Assembly (NCBI GenBank): GCA_026706695.1
Contig: JAPOYE010000016.1
Location: forward strand, 6,191 to 70,190
Reading direction: 5' to 3'
Source of the DNA: Candidatus Dadabacteria bacterium
Lineage (GTDB): Bacteria > Desulfobacterota_D > UBA1144 > Nemesobacterales > Nemesobacteraceae
DNA length: 64,000 nucleotides
The translations under genes and the position numbers were made by a program. Shown in pieces: positions 19,024-28,219 of the stretch (the stretch's first letter is position 1; the number at the start of each line of letters is the position of its first letter). The notes under the pieces are model-generated. The model was not told the DNA's origin, did no database searches, and saw only the letters and a list, made by a program, of their open reading frames with translations.

Positions 19024-21285
19024 TCACATATACCGATAGGTCAGCTGCACGCCGAAGGTCCTGCCCCTGAAAAGCGACGTGAATGAACCTCCCAATTGTT
19101 GAAAGAGAGGATTGTCAAGCGCTTGATAGCTTCCGTGCTTGACCTCGTTAAGAAGGTTCTTTCCATAGAATCCGACTGAAAATCTGTCGCTCATCGGGGT
19201 GATGTCAATTCCGGCGTCAACAATGTTCTGCTCGGGAGTATATCCCATATTGTTATCCGTGAGATATGTTTTGCCACGATATGAATAGCTTATCCTTGAA
19301 GTCATCTTCCCCCAGTCCGCAAGTCCGGCGTCATGGGTAGCGCCGACGCTCCAAGTCAGCTTCGCGGCCCGGGGAAGCTCTAAAGCCAGGTCTTTTTCGT
19401 CAAGAACGCGATCCACATTAAGGTCATATTTTATTTTGGTGTACTCGGGATCCACGTATCCGACTGAACCCAGAAGAAAAAGCCTGTCGGTAACCGCAAC
19501 CAGCCCGTCAAGTTCAAAGCCGAAGGCTTCCACGTCAGCAGTGTTGCGAATCTCCTGTGCGAAAACGCTGGCCGATCTGGGAAGAGTTATTATCCGCTGC
19601 ACATCATCGATCATGTTATAGAAAACCGCGCCGTTGAGAATACCTATGTTTGTCGATATCTTGAATCCCGCCTCGAAGGTATCGATTTTCTCCTCATCGT
19701 ACGGCCCCGGGAGCTCCTGATCTGGGGGGTAACTGTTTCGCAGATTATAGCCTCCTGAACGGAATGCTCTGGTCCAGTGTCCGTAGACACTCGCTTCAAC
19801 TTCCGGTCCGCCACCTATATAGTAGACAGCGCCGAGCTTGGGCGACCAGCTGTTCCAAGTTTCCTCGTCGGTGAAATCAAACTCGCATGCCGGTCCGACC
19901 GCAACGTTGCATGGCACCGGGGTAGCGGAAACGGTCTCCGCCTTTCTCTTTTCATGGCTGTAACGGGTGCCCGAGATAAGCGTTACCCGGTCCGTAAGAT
20001 CGTAATCAAGCGAGAGAAACACGCCCAAAGTATCGACAAAATAATTTCCTCCCAGATTCTGGGTTACAGCTCCTCCCAGTATATAACGGCTGTCATGGTA
20101 GTTTATCTCGTTTGTAAAGTAGTAAAGACCGGTCGTCGCGTGGAGACTTTCAAAGAATCTGCCCGCATAGCGCAGTTCGTTGCTCCACTGGCGGTATGGG
20201 GTCCATCCGCGTATGTGGAGAATGTTTTTCGGGGTAGAGTCGATATCAACCTGAGCGCTACCTTCCGAATCGAAAAAACCGAATATATTGGTCACGGTGC
20301 CGTCTCCGAAATCCACATCCCAGTCAAGCTGAGCGGTGAAGAAGTGATGTTCATGCCTCCTGAAGCCTTCTTCGTCAATGCTGAAATCATGACTGTTAAG
20401 ATCGAAGTCACGCTGGTTCTGCGACGCGGTGCCGTCGTTCCTCGTTTTTTCGTACTGGTAGCGCAGAACAAGGCTCACGTCATCCGTCGGGCTCCACGCA
20501 ATCATCGGTCGTACCATCCGTATGTCGTTCTCTCCGAAAGCCTCGCCCGTGTGGAGGTTCTTGAACCAGCCGTTATCCTGATTCGTGTACGCGCTTACCT
20601 TCACTCTTAATGTCTCGCTGATCGGGCCTCCGACTGTGGTCATGTAATAGCTGTTAAGGCTCTCGCCCCCTCCTTCAAACGAAGCGCGGGCCGATACCTC
20701 AAAAACGTCTCCCGGTTTCTTAGTGTTAATCAGTACGGCTCCCCCCGTGACATTCCGCCCGAAAAGCGTTCCCTGCGGTCCCCTCAGCACCTCTATGCTT
20801 TCAACATCGAAGGTGTCAAACAAAACAATGCTTATCTGCCCCATATACACGCCGTCGACAAACACTCCCACGGTCGGATCAATAGACGCTATGGTGTCGT
20901 TTATTCCCACGCCGCGGATGGAAAAGTTGGCTAGCGACATTCCCGAGATGCCATCGTCAAGGGCCACGTTGGGCATGAGCACCGCGAGACTTTCAAGGTC
21001 GTTTACCTTAAGGGTTTCAATCTGTTCCGAACTGAAATGGGTAATCGACAGGGGGACGTTCTGAATCAGTTCCTCCCGTTTTCGGGCGGTGACCGTGATT
21101 TTTTTGAGAAGTACGCCGCTTACCCCGAACACACTCTGCGCGGCAGTGTCATCGCCCTGTGCGGATGCGTCGCCGCCACCGAGCGACGCCAGGAACAAGC
21201 ATGCGAGAGACATGCATAAAAGCCTCTTCACTGCAGACTGGAATTTTCTTTTAATCATTTCGATGCCCTCCTTTCTGTCAAGCAA
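19024..21285 (-). CDS. TonB-dependent outer-membrane receptor
   Basis: Signal peptide, N-terminal plug region (VTARKREELIQNVPLSITHFS), ~750 aa beta-barrel length. Confidence 0.85.
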   Translation of the reverse strand: MLDRKEGIEMIKRKFQSAVKRLLCMSLACLFLASLGGGDASAQGDDTAAQSVFGVSGVLLKKITVTARKREELIQNVPLSITHFSSEQIETLKVNDLESLAVLMPNVALDDGISGMSLANFSIRGVGINDTIASIDPTVGVFVDGVYMGQISIVLFDTFDVESIEVLRGPQGTLFGRNVTGGAVLINTKKPGDVFEVSARASFEGGGESLNSYYMTTVGGPISETLRVKVSAYTNQDNGWFKNLHTGEAFGENDIRMVRPMIAWSPTDDVSLVLRYQYEKTRNDGTASQNQRDFDLNSHDFSIDEEGFRRHEHHFFTAQLDWDVDFGDGTVTNIFGFFDSEGSAQVDIDSTPKNILHIRGWTPYRQWSNELRYAGRFFESLHATTGLYYFTNEINYHDSRYILGGAVTQNLGGNYFVDTLGVFLSLDYDLTDRVTLISGTRYSHEKRKAETVSATPVPCNVAVGPACEFDFTDEETWNSWSPKLGAVYYIGGGPEVEASVYGHWTRAFRSGGYNLRNSYPPDQELPGPYDEEKIDTFEAGFKISTNIGILNGAVFYNMIDDVQRIITLPRSASVFAQEIRNTADVEAFGFELDGLVAVTDRLFLLGSVGYVDPEYTKIKYDLNVDRVLDEKDLALELPRAAKLTWSVGATHDAGLADWGKMTSRISYSYRGKTYLTDNNMGYTPEQNIVDAGIDITPMSDRFSVGFYGKNLLNEVKHGSYQALDNPLFQQLGGSFTSLFRGRTFGVQLTYRYM

Positions 21286-21404
21286 AAATTATAACATGAT
21301 CCCGCACGAAAAATCCAAGTCATCAGAGGACTACACGGATTCGCCCAGGCCGGAGATCCGGTTCCTCCAACAGACCCGAGGCGCGACGTGTCACGGGATC
21401 TTGG

Positions 21405-24008
21405 TTAACTTCGGCCTTTTAAGAGACCTTTCCAGAATACTGCCGAAAACAGTACGGAGGCTATGAAAAACAGGCTAAACAAAGTACCTTTGGCAGTACC
21501 ACGAGCCCCGGCAATCGCACACCCGTCGTCACCGCTAACTCCCGGATGAAGACCGGAACCTATTATAAGTTCCTCGCCTCCCAGAAAGTCGGGATGACTA
21601 TAGGTTACAACATAGCTTAACTTGGGTACATCACCAGGGGCTCTGCCTTCTTCGGTCCTTGGGGGTATATCATCCGTCGGATCATCCCACAGGTATTCGA
21701 CAAACCCCCCGGAGTCCTCCGGCAGCAGGCCCAGTTCCTTACATTGCCTGTCCTGGCCATTTGCCACCCTGATTGCCTCATTGCCAACATCGCACTCATT
21801 ATCGTCCCTGACATCAAAACTTCGGTTCTCAAGATGAGGCCCATTCCCGTTAAAGAACACCAGATTCCCCTCGGTCATGATAAACACGTAGATACCCTTG
21901 TGCCTCCAGGGCGATATCCTCCAGCAATTGCGGATCCTGGCTAACTGGGCGGGACTTTGACTGTTTTCTTCCACCTGCTCGGCAAAGTGGTCCCTGAAAT
22001 TCTCCACAAACTCTTTAAGCGTGTCGCTGTCTGCAACCTCATTAGCAGTTCTTCCCTGAGTGATAAAGGGTTTTTCATCAATTGGCTTTGTGAAGAATGG
22101 ACAATTTATCTCATCAAAGCTCACTTCACTATCATCATCCCCTTCATGATCATGATGATAGCCGGCGATAAGGATAAGCTTGGTCTTCCAGATTGGGTGT
22201 TCGAACTTGACGGCACATGCTATCCTTTCCGTACCGCGCTCACCCTCTTCATGCTCATCGCCTTCTTCCGGGCCGTACGGAACACAGCCGCCTGCTTCCA
22301 TTCCTGAAGCTTCAATGAGGCTGGTTACTTCCGGGTGAAGGCCGCCCGTTCGTGCCTCGCCTTCGCCTGAATAATGAACCAGTGTCCCGTTCTGTGCTTC
22401 AGGGTCATCTGCATGAATAAAGATTGTGCCTTCTTCATCTATCACCATCAGATATATGGTGCCGTTCTTCCAGTCCCCTTCCTCTGTTATGCTCTTCTCG
22501 AATTCTATGTTGTCGTTCGGTTCACTGATGGCCTCCCAGTGAGCTTTTGCATGCAGGATGAAATTCTTCATTCCAGGTTCGTCTGCTTCGGTAATGTCAC
22601 CAGCGGTTAAACCGGTTATGTTGCCATGGTCACCATTTCCATGAGCAACTGCGGGCTGTGGAGCGGATAAGAAAACCACCAGCGTTAAAGCAAAGACAAA
22701 CAAGATTGTCACCCTTTTTCTCATGATTGATCCTTTTTTTGTCCGTTTTCCCGGCGGCCGGTTTTTCCACAAAACCGCTGAAAACAGCAAGGAAACTATC
22801 ATCAAGAAGTTGAATACGGTGCCGCGAGACGTATTCCCAGCGCCCGCAATCGCACATCCCCCGTCATCATCTTCAAGGTAAATACCGGAACCGAAGATTA
22901 AATGAATTGTATTTGTCGCAGTAAGCTGCAAAGGCACTTTCTGAACATAGCTCCTCTTGAGTGAAGTGCCGGGAGCACAGGTCTGAGGGCCATCCGGGCA
23001 GTTCTCCAGATCGACATCGTCATCAGGTGTCGTCGGATCATCCCACAGATACTCAACAAAGCCATCGCTATCGGGGTCGTTCACCTCTTCAACAATCAGG
23101 TCTCCCACGTTTACCCCGTTCTCATCCGTGACATTAAGAGTTTTATTTTCAAGTTCCGGGGTATTTCCGTTAAAGCCTACAATTCGATTTTCGGGCATAA
23201 AGAACATATAGATGGAGCCATGTTTCCACGGCAATGCCCTCCAGCAATGTCGGAGTCCGATCACGCGGGCACCGCCAAGTCGCTTTCTCTGCTCTATATA
23301 ATAATCAATAAACTCTTGTACAAACTGCTTCAGAGTCTCTTCGTCCACCACTTCAGCAGCGGTTATCCGGGGAACATAGTAGGGGCATGTCGCCTTGGCA
23401 AAAGATACATCTTCAAAATCGTGATGAAGTCCACCGATCAGGATCTCTGTAAGCTTAAGAGTTTCTTCACGGAAAACCGGATGGAGAAATTCGACAGCAC
23501 AGCTAACCCTTTGACTTCCGTTCAAGACATAGTTCAGACAGCCCCCATCCTCGTTTTCGCCTGCAAGCCTGATGAGTCGTTCCACAACCCGTGTTCCCTC
23601 GTCGTCCTCGAAATCATACAAAGACCCGTTTTCCGCGAGAGGATGGTATGGCTGATGAATCAGCGTACCATCTTTCCGTAACCGGATTACATATGTGGCG
23701 TCGCTTCTCCAATCTCCCCCATCTATCGATGCCCGGTTTTTGAATTCAACAAACGCAGCTATACTTCCCGTGGGAACTTCGTCCAAGTGTGCTTTTATAT
23801 GCAGCACAAAGTCCTTCACGCTGCCTTCATTCGCAGGGTCAACGTCACCGGCGGTTACGCCCATTGTATCGCCGTGGTCACCGTCCCCATGGGCGGTTGC
23901 GGGTTGGGTTGCGGAGAAGAAAAACAGCAAAGCCAGCACACACGCAAGAAGCGCCGCTCCGCTTTCCAGTTTCCTCGCAAAATCTTTCTTCGTCAAGATC
24001 TTCATCAC
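21405..24008 (-). CDS. Exported His/Asp-rich protein: two tandem paralogous units fused in frame
   Basis: Residues ~1-433 and ~438-867 are paralogous. Each has a signal peptide ending A-x-A before HG[D/N]GDHG. Both share FxLHxKAH, CAV[E/K]FxHP, HHD, FVEYLWDDPT and a C-terminal GCAIAGA + hydrophobic helix + basic tail. No stop codon lies between the units. Confidence 0.6.
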   Translation of the reverse strand: MMKILTKKDFARKLESGAALLACVLALLFFFSATQPATAHGDGDHGDTMGVTAGDVDPANEGSVKDFVLHIKAHLDEVPTGSIAAFVEFKNRASIDGGDWRSDATYVIRLRKDGTLIHQPYHPLAENGSLYDFEDDEGTRVVERLIRLAGENEDGGCLNYVLNGSQRVSCAVEFLHPVFREETLKLTEILIGGLHHDFEDVSFAKATCPYYVPRITAAEVVDEETLKQFVQEFIDYYIEQRKRLGGARVIGLRHCWRALPWKHGSIYMFFMPENRIVGFNGNTPELENKTLNVTDENGVNVGDLIVEEVNDPDSDGFVEYLWDDPTTPDDDVDLENCPDGPQTCAPGTSLKRSYVQKVPLQLTATNTIHLIFGSGIYLEDDDGGCAIAGAGNTSRGTVFNFLMIVSLLFSAVLWKNRPPGKRTKKGSIMRKRVTILFVFALTLVVFLSAPQPAVAHGNGDHGNITGLTAGDITEADEPGMKNFILHAKAHWEAISEPNDNIEFEKSITEEGDWKNGTIYLMVIDEEGTIFIHADDPEAQNGTLVHYSGEGEARTGGLHPEVTSLIEASGMEAGGCVPYGPEEGDEHEEGERGTERIACAVKFEHPIWKTKLILIAGYHHDHEGDDDSEVSFDEINCPFFTKPIDEKPFITQGRTANEVADSDTLKEFVENFRDHFAEQVEENSQSPAQLARIRNCWRISPWRHKGIYVFIMTEGNLVFFNGNGPHLENRSFDVRDDNECDVGNEAIRVANGQDRQCKELGLLPEDSGGFVEYLWDDPTDDIPPRTEEGRAPGDVPKLSYVVTYSHPDFLGGEELIIGSGLHPGVSGDDGCAIAGARGTAKGTLFSLFFIASVLFSAVFWKGLLKGRS

Positions 24009-24096
24009 AGTCTCCTTTCAATTCGGCAGGAAGTTTAAATACAAGACACAGCTTCTCCATATTCGACAAGGAATTCTGATTACTGTCAAGGGATTG

Positions 24097-24345
24097 TTAA
24101 GCTACACGGATAGAGCTTTCGATCAGCAGGATCGGTATATTTTCCCTTACTGGGTAAAGATGTTCTCCGCCGCGGCAGAGAAGACCACCTTCGATCTTCT
24201 CGGAGACCGGCTCTCCCGACCTGTCAACAAGAGTTCCGAGTTCAACAAGTTCGTTAAGCCGCGCAATTATCTCCCGACCGGCCTCTTCAAGAGGTTCTCC
24301 GGTCTCAGGACACACGAGAATTTCAAGCAGTTCCCTGTCAATCAT
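24097..24345 (-). CDS. Trm112-family small protein (UPF0434)
   Basis: LEILVCPETGEPL...LLCRGGEHLYPVRENIPILL motif. The start is placed at MIDRELLEIL. Confidence 0.7.
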   Translation of the reverse strand: MIDRELLEILVCPETGEPLEEAGREIIARLNELVELGTLVDRSGEPVSEKIEGGLLCRGGEHLYPVRENIPILLIESSIRVA

Positions 24346-24422
24346 CGGTTTCGGGATTAACGGTTTCAGAAGGGATCCCCCGGGGCACGGGTGCAGCGGA
24401 ATCCCCGCCCGCAAAAAACCCT

Positions 24423-25715
24423 CTATGTTCCCAGCAGCTTCTCCGCTTCCTCATCCGATTTCTCAAAATAAAACTTGGGATCGCTGCGCCCGGCTATAAC
24501 GCTTTCGTCAATGACGCAGCGCGTCACTCCCTCAAGCGAAGGCACTTCATAGAAAACCTCAAGCATAATCGCTTCTATGATGGCCCGAAGCCCCCTGGCC
24601 CCGGTCTTTCTCAGGACGGCCTCCCCGGCGATGGCCTTTCTCGCGTCTTCGGTTACCTCCAACTGCACCTTCTCGATTTCCATCATCCTCTCAAACTGCT
24701 TCACAATGGCGTTTTTGGGCTTGGTCAGAATTTCGACCAGCTGTTCTTCGGTAAGTTCGCTCAGGCTGGCGATAATCGGGACCCTGCCGACGAATTCGGG
24801 AATCAGTCCGAACTGAACAAGATCCTCAGGCTGGACCTTGTTGAGAAGATTGCTCTCGTCCTCCGCGGACCTGTCTGACAATTTAGCCCCGAAGCCGATG
24901 GACTTCTCCCCGATTCTCGCGCGGATAATATCCTCAAGACCGCAGAAAGCGCCACCGCATATGAAAAGGATGTTCGTGGTGTCCACTTGAGTAAATTCCT
25001 GCTGGGGATGCTTCCTCCCCCCCTTGGGAGGAACGTTGGCAAGAGTCCCTTCCATTATCTTGAGCAACGCCTGCTGCACGCCCTCTCCCGAGACATCCCT
25101 CGTGATCGAGGGACTGTCGCTCGATTTGCGCGTGAGCTTGTCTATCTCGTCTATATAGATAATGCCTCCACGGGAAGCTTTTTCGACATCGTAGTTTGCC
25201 GCCTGAAGGAGACTCACTATCATGTTTTCCACGTCCTCGCCCACATAGCCAGCTTCCGTATAGCAGGTAGCATCCACTATGGTGAATGGAACGTCGAGAA
25301 TCTTGGCCAGCGTCTGCGCAAGCAGGGTTTTTCCTGAACCCGTGGGGCCTATGAGAAGTATGTTGCTTTTCTCCACTTCCACTTTGTCGCTTCTTCTCCT
25401 GCCGGATTCGTTAAACTGCATCCGCTTGTAGTGATTGTAGACGGCGACGGAAAGTACCTTCTTGGCGTTTTCCTGACCTATTATGTATCCGTCAAGAAAG
25501 GACTTCATCTCCTGTGGGGTCGGAAAGGATTTCTTCGGTTTTGGAAAAGCGCTGTCCTTGGTCCTCTCTTCCGCTATGATCTGGTTGCAGAGGTCTATGC
25601 ACTCATCACAGATATAGACGCCGTGGCCCGCTATGAGCTTGTTGATCTCTTCCTGATTCTTCCCGCAGAAAGAACAGTAGTGCTTCGTTTCTTCTTTGCT
25701 TTTTCTGGGACTCAT
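24423..25715 (-). CDS. clpX: ATP-dependent Clp protease ATP-binding subunit ClpX
   Basis: N-terminal C4 zinc finger (CSFCGK...CDEC), Walker A GPTGSGKT, 430 aa. Confidence 0.95.
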   Translation of the reverse strand: MSPRKSKEETKHYCSFCGKNQEEINKLIAGHGVYICDECIDLCNQIIAEERTKDSAFPKPKKSFPTPQEMKSFLDGYIIGQENAKKVLSVAVYNHYKRMQFNESGRRRSDKVEVEKSNILLIGPTGSGKTLLAQTLAKILDVPFTIVDATCYTEAGYVGEDVENMIVSLLQAANYDVEKASRGGIIYIDEIDKLTRKSSDSPSITRDVSGEGVQQALLKIMEGTLANVPPKGGRKHPQQEFTQVDTTNILFICGGAFCGLEDIIRARIGEKSIGFGAKLSDRSAEDESNLLNKVQPEDLVQFGLIPEFVGRVPIIASLSELTEEQLVEILTKPKNAIVKQFERMMEIEKVQLEVTEDARKAIAGEAVLRKTGARGLRAIIEAIMLEVFYEVPSLEGVTRCVIDESVIAGRSDPKFYFEKSDEEAEKLLGT

Positions 25716-26314
25716 CCGGTTGCCTCCTCCCTTTCGGTAATTATGGCATCCACTATACCGTACTCAATAGAATCCTGAGCGGTCATGAAAAAGTCTCTGT
25801 CCGTATCGTTCGCTATCCTCTCAAGAGTCTGCCCGGTGTGCTTTTCAAGTATGGAGTTGAGCTGCTCTTTCACCCTGACGATCTCCTTTGCGTGTATCTC
25901 TATGTCGCTTGCCTGCCCGGAAACACCTCCGAGCACCTGGTGAATCATCACCCTCGAGTGAGGCAGCGCGTACCTTTTGCCCGACGCGCCGCTTGCCAGA
26001 AGAACCGCAGCCATGCTGACCGCCTGCCCGATGCATATGGTAGAGACTTCGGGCTTCACGTACTGTATCGTGTCGTAGATGGCAAGACCGGAAGTAACAT
26101 GCCCTCCGGGAGAATTTATGTAGAGGTAAATAGGCGTCTCGGGGTTCTCGGATTCAAGAAAAAGGAGCTGGGCGATTACGACGTTGGCTACCGCGTCATT
26201 TATGTCGGAACCTATAAAGACGATCCTGTCCTTAAGGAGCCTTGAGAAAATATCGTAGCCCTGATCGCCCCTGCTCGTACGCTCAATAACGTAGGGTATG
26301 AAATCGGTTATCAT
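25712..26314 (-). CDS. clpP: ATP-dependent Clp protease proteolytic subunit ClpP
   Basis: 200 aa with ClpP signatures ([29 protein letters not shown]). Confidence 0.95.
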   Translation of the reverse strand: MITDFIPYVIERTSRGDQGYDIFSRLLKDRIVFIGSDINDAVANVVIAQLLFLESENPETPIYLYINSPGGHVTSGLAIYDTIQYVKPEVSTICIGQAVSMAAVLLASGASGKRYALPHSRVMIHQVLGGVSGQASDIEIHAKEIVRVKEQLNSILEKHTGQTLERIANDTDRDFFMTAQDSIEYGIVDAIITEREEATG

Positions 26315-26337
26315 TGAACCGATTATAACTAAGCGTG

Positions 26338-27645
26338 TTATTCCTTGTCAATCTGCGCCGCTTCGCCCTCTACTTCCTCAATCCGGGCCTGCTCCAGTAG
26401 AAGATCCAAGACTCCTCGGGTTTTGATCTGGGATTCCAGATGCTCCATAGTCCCCGGCTGCTCATAAGCCTTGTGTACCTGATCCGGGGGAAGATTGTAT
26501 GAAGCGGCGAGGCGGTCTATGTGGTCGTTTAGCTGTTTGCGGGTAACTCTCACGTTCTCCTTCTGAGCGATGCGACCGAGAATTATGGATGTCCTGACGC
26601 TCTCTGCGGCCTTCTCGGTGAATTTCGGCGCCACGTCCTCCCCGATCTCCGGCTCCGCGACTCCGCCTCTCTGCATGTCGGAGAGAAATCTCGCTTTAAG
26701 GCTCTCCTCCTCCTTTTCAAGCAGCGACGGAGGAATGTCGAACTGGTTTTTCGAGAGAAGGTCGTCGACTATCTGTTCCCTCATGGATGAGAGCTGTTCG
26801 TCTTCATGAAGGTGCTCAAGCTGCTCCTTTATGAGCTCTCGCAGTTCAGAGATGCCCTCAACGTCAAAATCCTTAGCGAAACCATCATCCGCCTCGGGCA
26901 GAATCCTGTCGTGAATCTCATTTATCTTGACGGTGAAACTGACGGTTTTCCCGGCGGCCTCGGGTATCAGGAAGTCTTCCGGGTAGGAAACCGAAAATTC
27001 CGTCTCCTCGCCCGCTTTTTTCCCAAGCAGGTTCTCTTCGAACTCGGGGGCAGCCTGCTCTTCACCCAGAAGGAACCTTACGTTCTGCCTGTTAAGATCG
27101 TCTATGGTCTCCCCGTCCTCAAACGCACCGCTGTAGTCTACAAAAACATAATCGCCTTCCTTTGCGGGACGGTCCTCCTCGACAAGCCTTGACTGTACGG
27201 ACCTTTCCCTGAGTTTCTGCACCTCGGCGTCTATATCCTCCTTGGTCACCCGGCGGACGGTTTTCTTAACTGGAATTGAGGTGTAGTCGGAAAGTTCAAA
27301 ATCGGGAATCACCTCGAATTCAGCTGAATAAGCAAACTCCTCTCCGGTCTTTACCTCACCCATCTCCGTAATGTCGGGGCGCGTCACCGGCAGAAGCGAG
27401 CGTTGCGCAAGGGCTTCGGACAAGGTTTCCGAAACAAGGTTAGATGCGGTTTCCTGATCAACTTCCTTTCCATACATTGACTCGACCACGTGACGGGGGA
27501 CCTTCCCCTTCCTAAACCCCTTGACGCTCACTCCTCCCATAACGTCGCGGAACACGGAATTTCTTTTTTCTGCGACCTGTTCTGGAGAGAGGGAAACCCT
27601 TATCTTTTTTCTGGTGCTGTCAATGTCCTCAATATTTATTTTCAT
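26338..27645 (-). CDS. tig: Trigger factor
   Basis: 435 aa located upstream of clpP-clpX, with the GFRKGKVP ribosome-binding motif. Confidence 0.9.
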   Translation of the reverse strand: MKINIEDIDSTRKKIRVSLSPEQVAEKRNSVFRDVMGGVSVKGFRKGKVPRHVVESMYGKEVDQETASNLVSETLSEALAQRSLLPVTRPDITEMGEVKTGEEFAYSAEFEVIPDFELSDYTSIPVKKTVRRVTKEDIDAEVQKLRERSVQSRLVEEDRPAKEGDYVFVDYSGAFEDGETIDDLNRQNVRFLLGEEQAAPEFEENLLGKKAGEETEFSVSYPEDFLIPEAAGKTVSFTVKINEIHDRILPEADDGFAKDFDVEGISELRELIKEQLEHLHEDEQLSSMREQIVDDLLSKNQFDIPPSLLEKEEESLKARFLSDMQRGGVAEPEIGEDVAPKFTEKAAESVRTSIILGRIAQKENVRVTRKQLNDHIDRLAASYNLPPDQVHKAYEQPGTMEHLESQIKTRGVLDLLLEQARIEEVEGEAAQIDKE

Positions 27646-27715
27646 TTAGTTTAAAACCTCTCAGTAAATAATTCCCCGAGGAAGCAATGTTCTCTCTGGG
27701 ATGCTGATACATTTG

Positions 27716-27982
27716 TTACTTGCTTTTTGCTTTTAGGGGAAATTTTTCAGGATTCTCTATTATTTCTTCCGTAACGTCAACATCAATATCGGGCCAATAG
27801 AAGTGCCCTGGGGACGGTTCTTCGACATTGATGATCGATTTTATGGACTGATCCCTGAACCAAGGAAAATCATCATAAGACATAAACAACTCTTTTCCGT
27901 GAGCCAGAAGCCATACTCCATGAGTAGAGATATTTGTCACCTCAACTGCCGAAATGCTGCTTCCATGCTGCGATAAGCTCAT
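27716..27982 (-). CDS. DUF2442-family small protein
   Basis: ~88 aa small protein, lower GC, overlapping its DUF4160 partner. Confidence 0.55.
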   Translation of the reverse strand: MSLSQHGSSISAVEVTNISTHGVWLLAHGKELFMSYDDFPWFRDQSIKSIINVEEPSPGHFYWPDIDVDVTEEIIENPEKFPLKAKSK

Positions 27983-28190
27983 CGTAATGAACCTCCACGA
28001 GTAATTCAATCTCCCTGAGTTGGTGTATAGAATAACGATAATTTTTTGCTAACTCAATTTTGGGTTCAAGCCAAAACTTCGCCTCGCCTTCACTTGATAC
28101 TACATGGACGTGCATTCGTTGTTCTTCCCTTGAGAAAAAGAAGAACCGATACCCCTTTTCTCTGAACACCGTAGGACTCATGATCAGCAC
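27942..28190 (-). CDS. DUF4160-family small protein
   Basis: 82 aa. The DUF4160/DUF2442 gene pairing is a recurring arrangement. Confidence 0.55.
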   Translation of the reverse strand: MLIMSPTVFREKGYRFFFFSREEQRMHVHVVSSEGEAKFWLEPKIELAKNYRYSIHQLREIELLVEVHYDELIAAWKQHFGS

Positions 28191-28219
28191 ATATTTATAC
28201 TTGCTGGAGATAGAAACCG

